Origin: Antedon mediterranea
Taxonomy: Eukaryota; Animalia; Echinodermata
NCBI RefSeq assembly: GCF_964355755.1
Contig: NC_092680.1
Span: forward strand, 14,889,045 to 14,953,044
Reading direction: 5' to 3'
DNA: 64,000 nt
Under the pieces are notes generated by a model. That model did not search any database, had not been told where the DNA came from, and saw only the letters and a program-made list of their open reading frames with translations. Below are positions 62,686-64,000 of this stretch, piece by piece (within the stretch, counting starts at the first letter, position 1; the number at the start of each line of letters is the position of its first letter). Both the position numbers and the translations under genes were made by a program.

Positions 62686-64000
62686 GTCGGTATAAAGTGC
62701 ATAACCCCTACCCCTCCCCAAATACAAACACACAATCTGTGGCCGCAACTAAAACACTGTTAAAAAGATTACCAAATTATTCTGCAATTCATATTTATCC
62801 ACACCAAAACATGTTTAAATTAGTTTACTTAAATCCATACCGCATGCTGAGGTACAACCGAAAGATATCGTTATATTCTGTTTTAACAATTATGATAATA
62901 TGTTCTGTCAATTCAGTACTGGTTCATGTTTCCCTACTTGAGTAGTTATATGTTGAAGATATTTTGAGACTTTCTAGAAAAGTACCTTGTTAATAATTTA
63001 AATTGAAATTAATATAAAAACAGTCTACGCATAGTTTACTACATACTACCGACAATTGCAGAAAAGAGAAAACTGAGAAAAATAAGCCACCTCAGCATAG
63101 GTGAAGCTAGCAATGAACCTTTGTAAGTTTTAAATATTTTATTTGGCAGTAACTCATCTTATAATAGGCTACTTTTTCAGATGATTTTAGATTTTATTAA
63201 AATTTCCAATATTTATTCATTTACTTAATTCCTTCTTTCTTACGGGATTGAATTTTTAGTAACGTAATACTGCTTTACAATATGCTATATTTGTGTATCT
63301 TTATAATAATAAAATAGCAATATAAAAATATAAATATAAATTATTCTTAAAAGATTGGGAAATATTAGTACGATAAAAACCAGATAAATATAAAATATAA
63401 GCATTTATATAGCTTACACACACATTATTGCACAAAACCTAAGTTTTAATATGCTATTTTATTCGTAAAACAATGTCTCAAAATATCTTCAACATAAATA
63501 TTCAAGTACACAAACATGAACCTGTATGATGTAAATAATTAATGTAATACTAAAACTACTAAAAATTTCTTTATAAAGATTGTATTTGAAGGAAAGTTAT
63601 TGAGAAATAGTAATGCACGGATAACAGTTGATAATGTTAAAATGTTAAATGGGAGTTGTTTCAGAAGTAAGTTGTTTGTTTAATTACCGTAATAAATTAT
63701 CAAGACACATAAGTTTCAATTAAAATTGTATATTCAAATAAAATTACAGAGAGAGGCTGAATCAACACATTCCTCCTATAGATGCAATAAGGTGCAAAGT
63801 ATGACTTAAAATTTTGCTTAATTTACAATGTTAAAATACATGCGTTGCTATTAACATTTATCATTATGAGACTGTTTAATGTAGTTTAACCAGCTATTAA
63901 ACTAGCTGGTTGTCTGTAAAATAATTAATTTGGATTTAGTTTATATACTTAGATACTTGATAATTGATCCTTCATTCCTTAGGGCCGGGTAGTTATCTTG

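Overview
AT-rich, intron-rich animal genomic DNA, probably an invertebrate deuterostome and most likely an echinoderm (inferred from gene content, not proven). Hand splicing gives six protein-coding genes. (1) An 11-coding-exon receptor-type PTP of the PTPRR/KIM-PTP (R7)-like class on + (2639-17155) with degenerate catalytic motifs (KNRI, WPV, HCSDGIGRTG, no first Q-loop Gln), so probably a pseudophosphatase. (2) An intronless 682-aa Mab-21/cGAS-like receptor (cGLR) with an intact catalytic triad and a long C-terminal extension, nested antisense in the first coding intron of that PTP gene. (3) GLMP/NCU-G1 on - (7 exons). (4) A 2-exon, 191-aa P16-like acidic single-pass protein, a possible biomineralisation protein. 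(5) An 18-exon receptor with six MAM domains, a TM and an NPxY motif. (6) The first two exons of a second MAM gene running off the window. Introns and intergenic DNA hold LINE fragments (one with poly(A) and TSD), tRNA-derived SINEs, MITEs, Helitron/Helentron-like elements, three minisatellites, a minimal Penelope-type hammerhead ribozyme and probable P-element-type excision footprints. Exon coordinates were read by eye. Most short ORFs in the supplied track are spurious.
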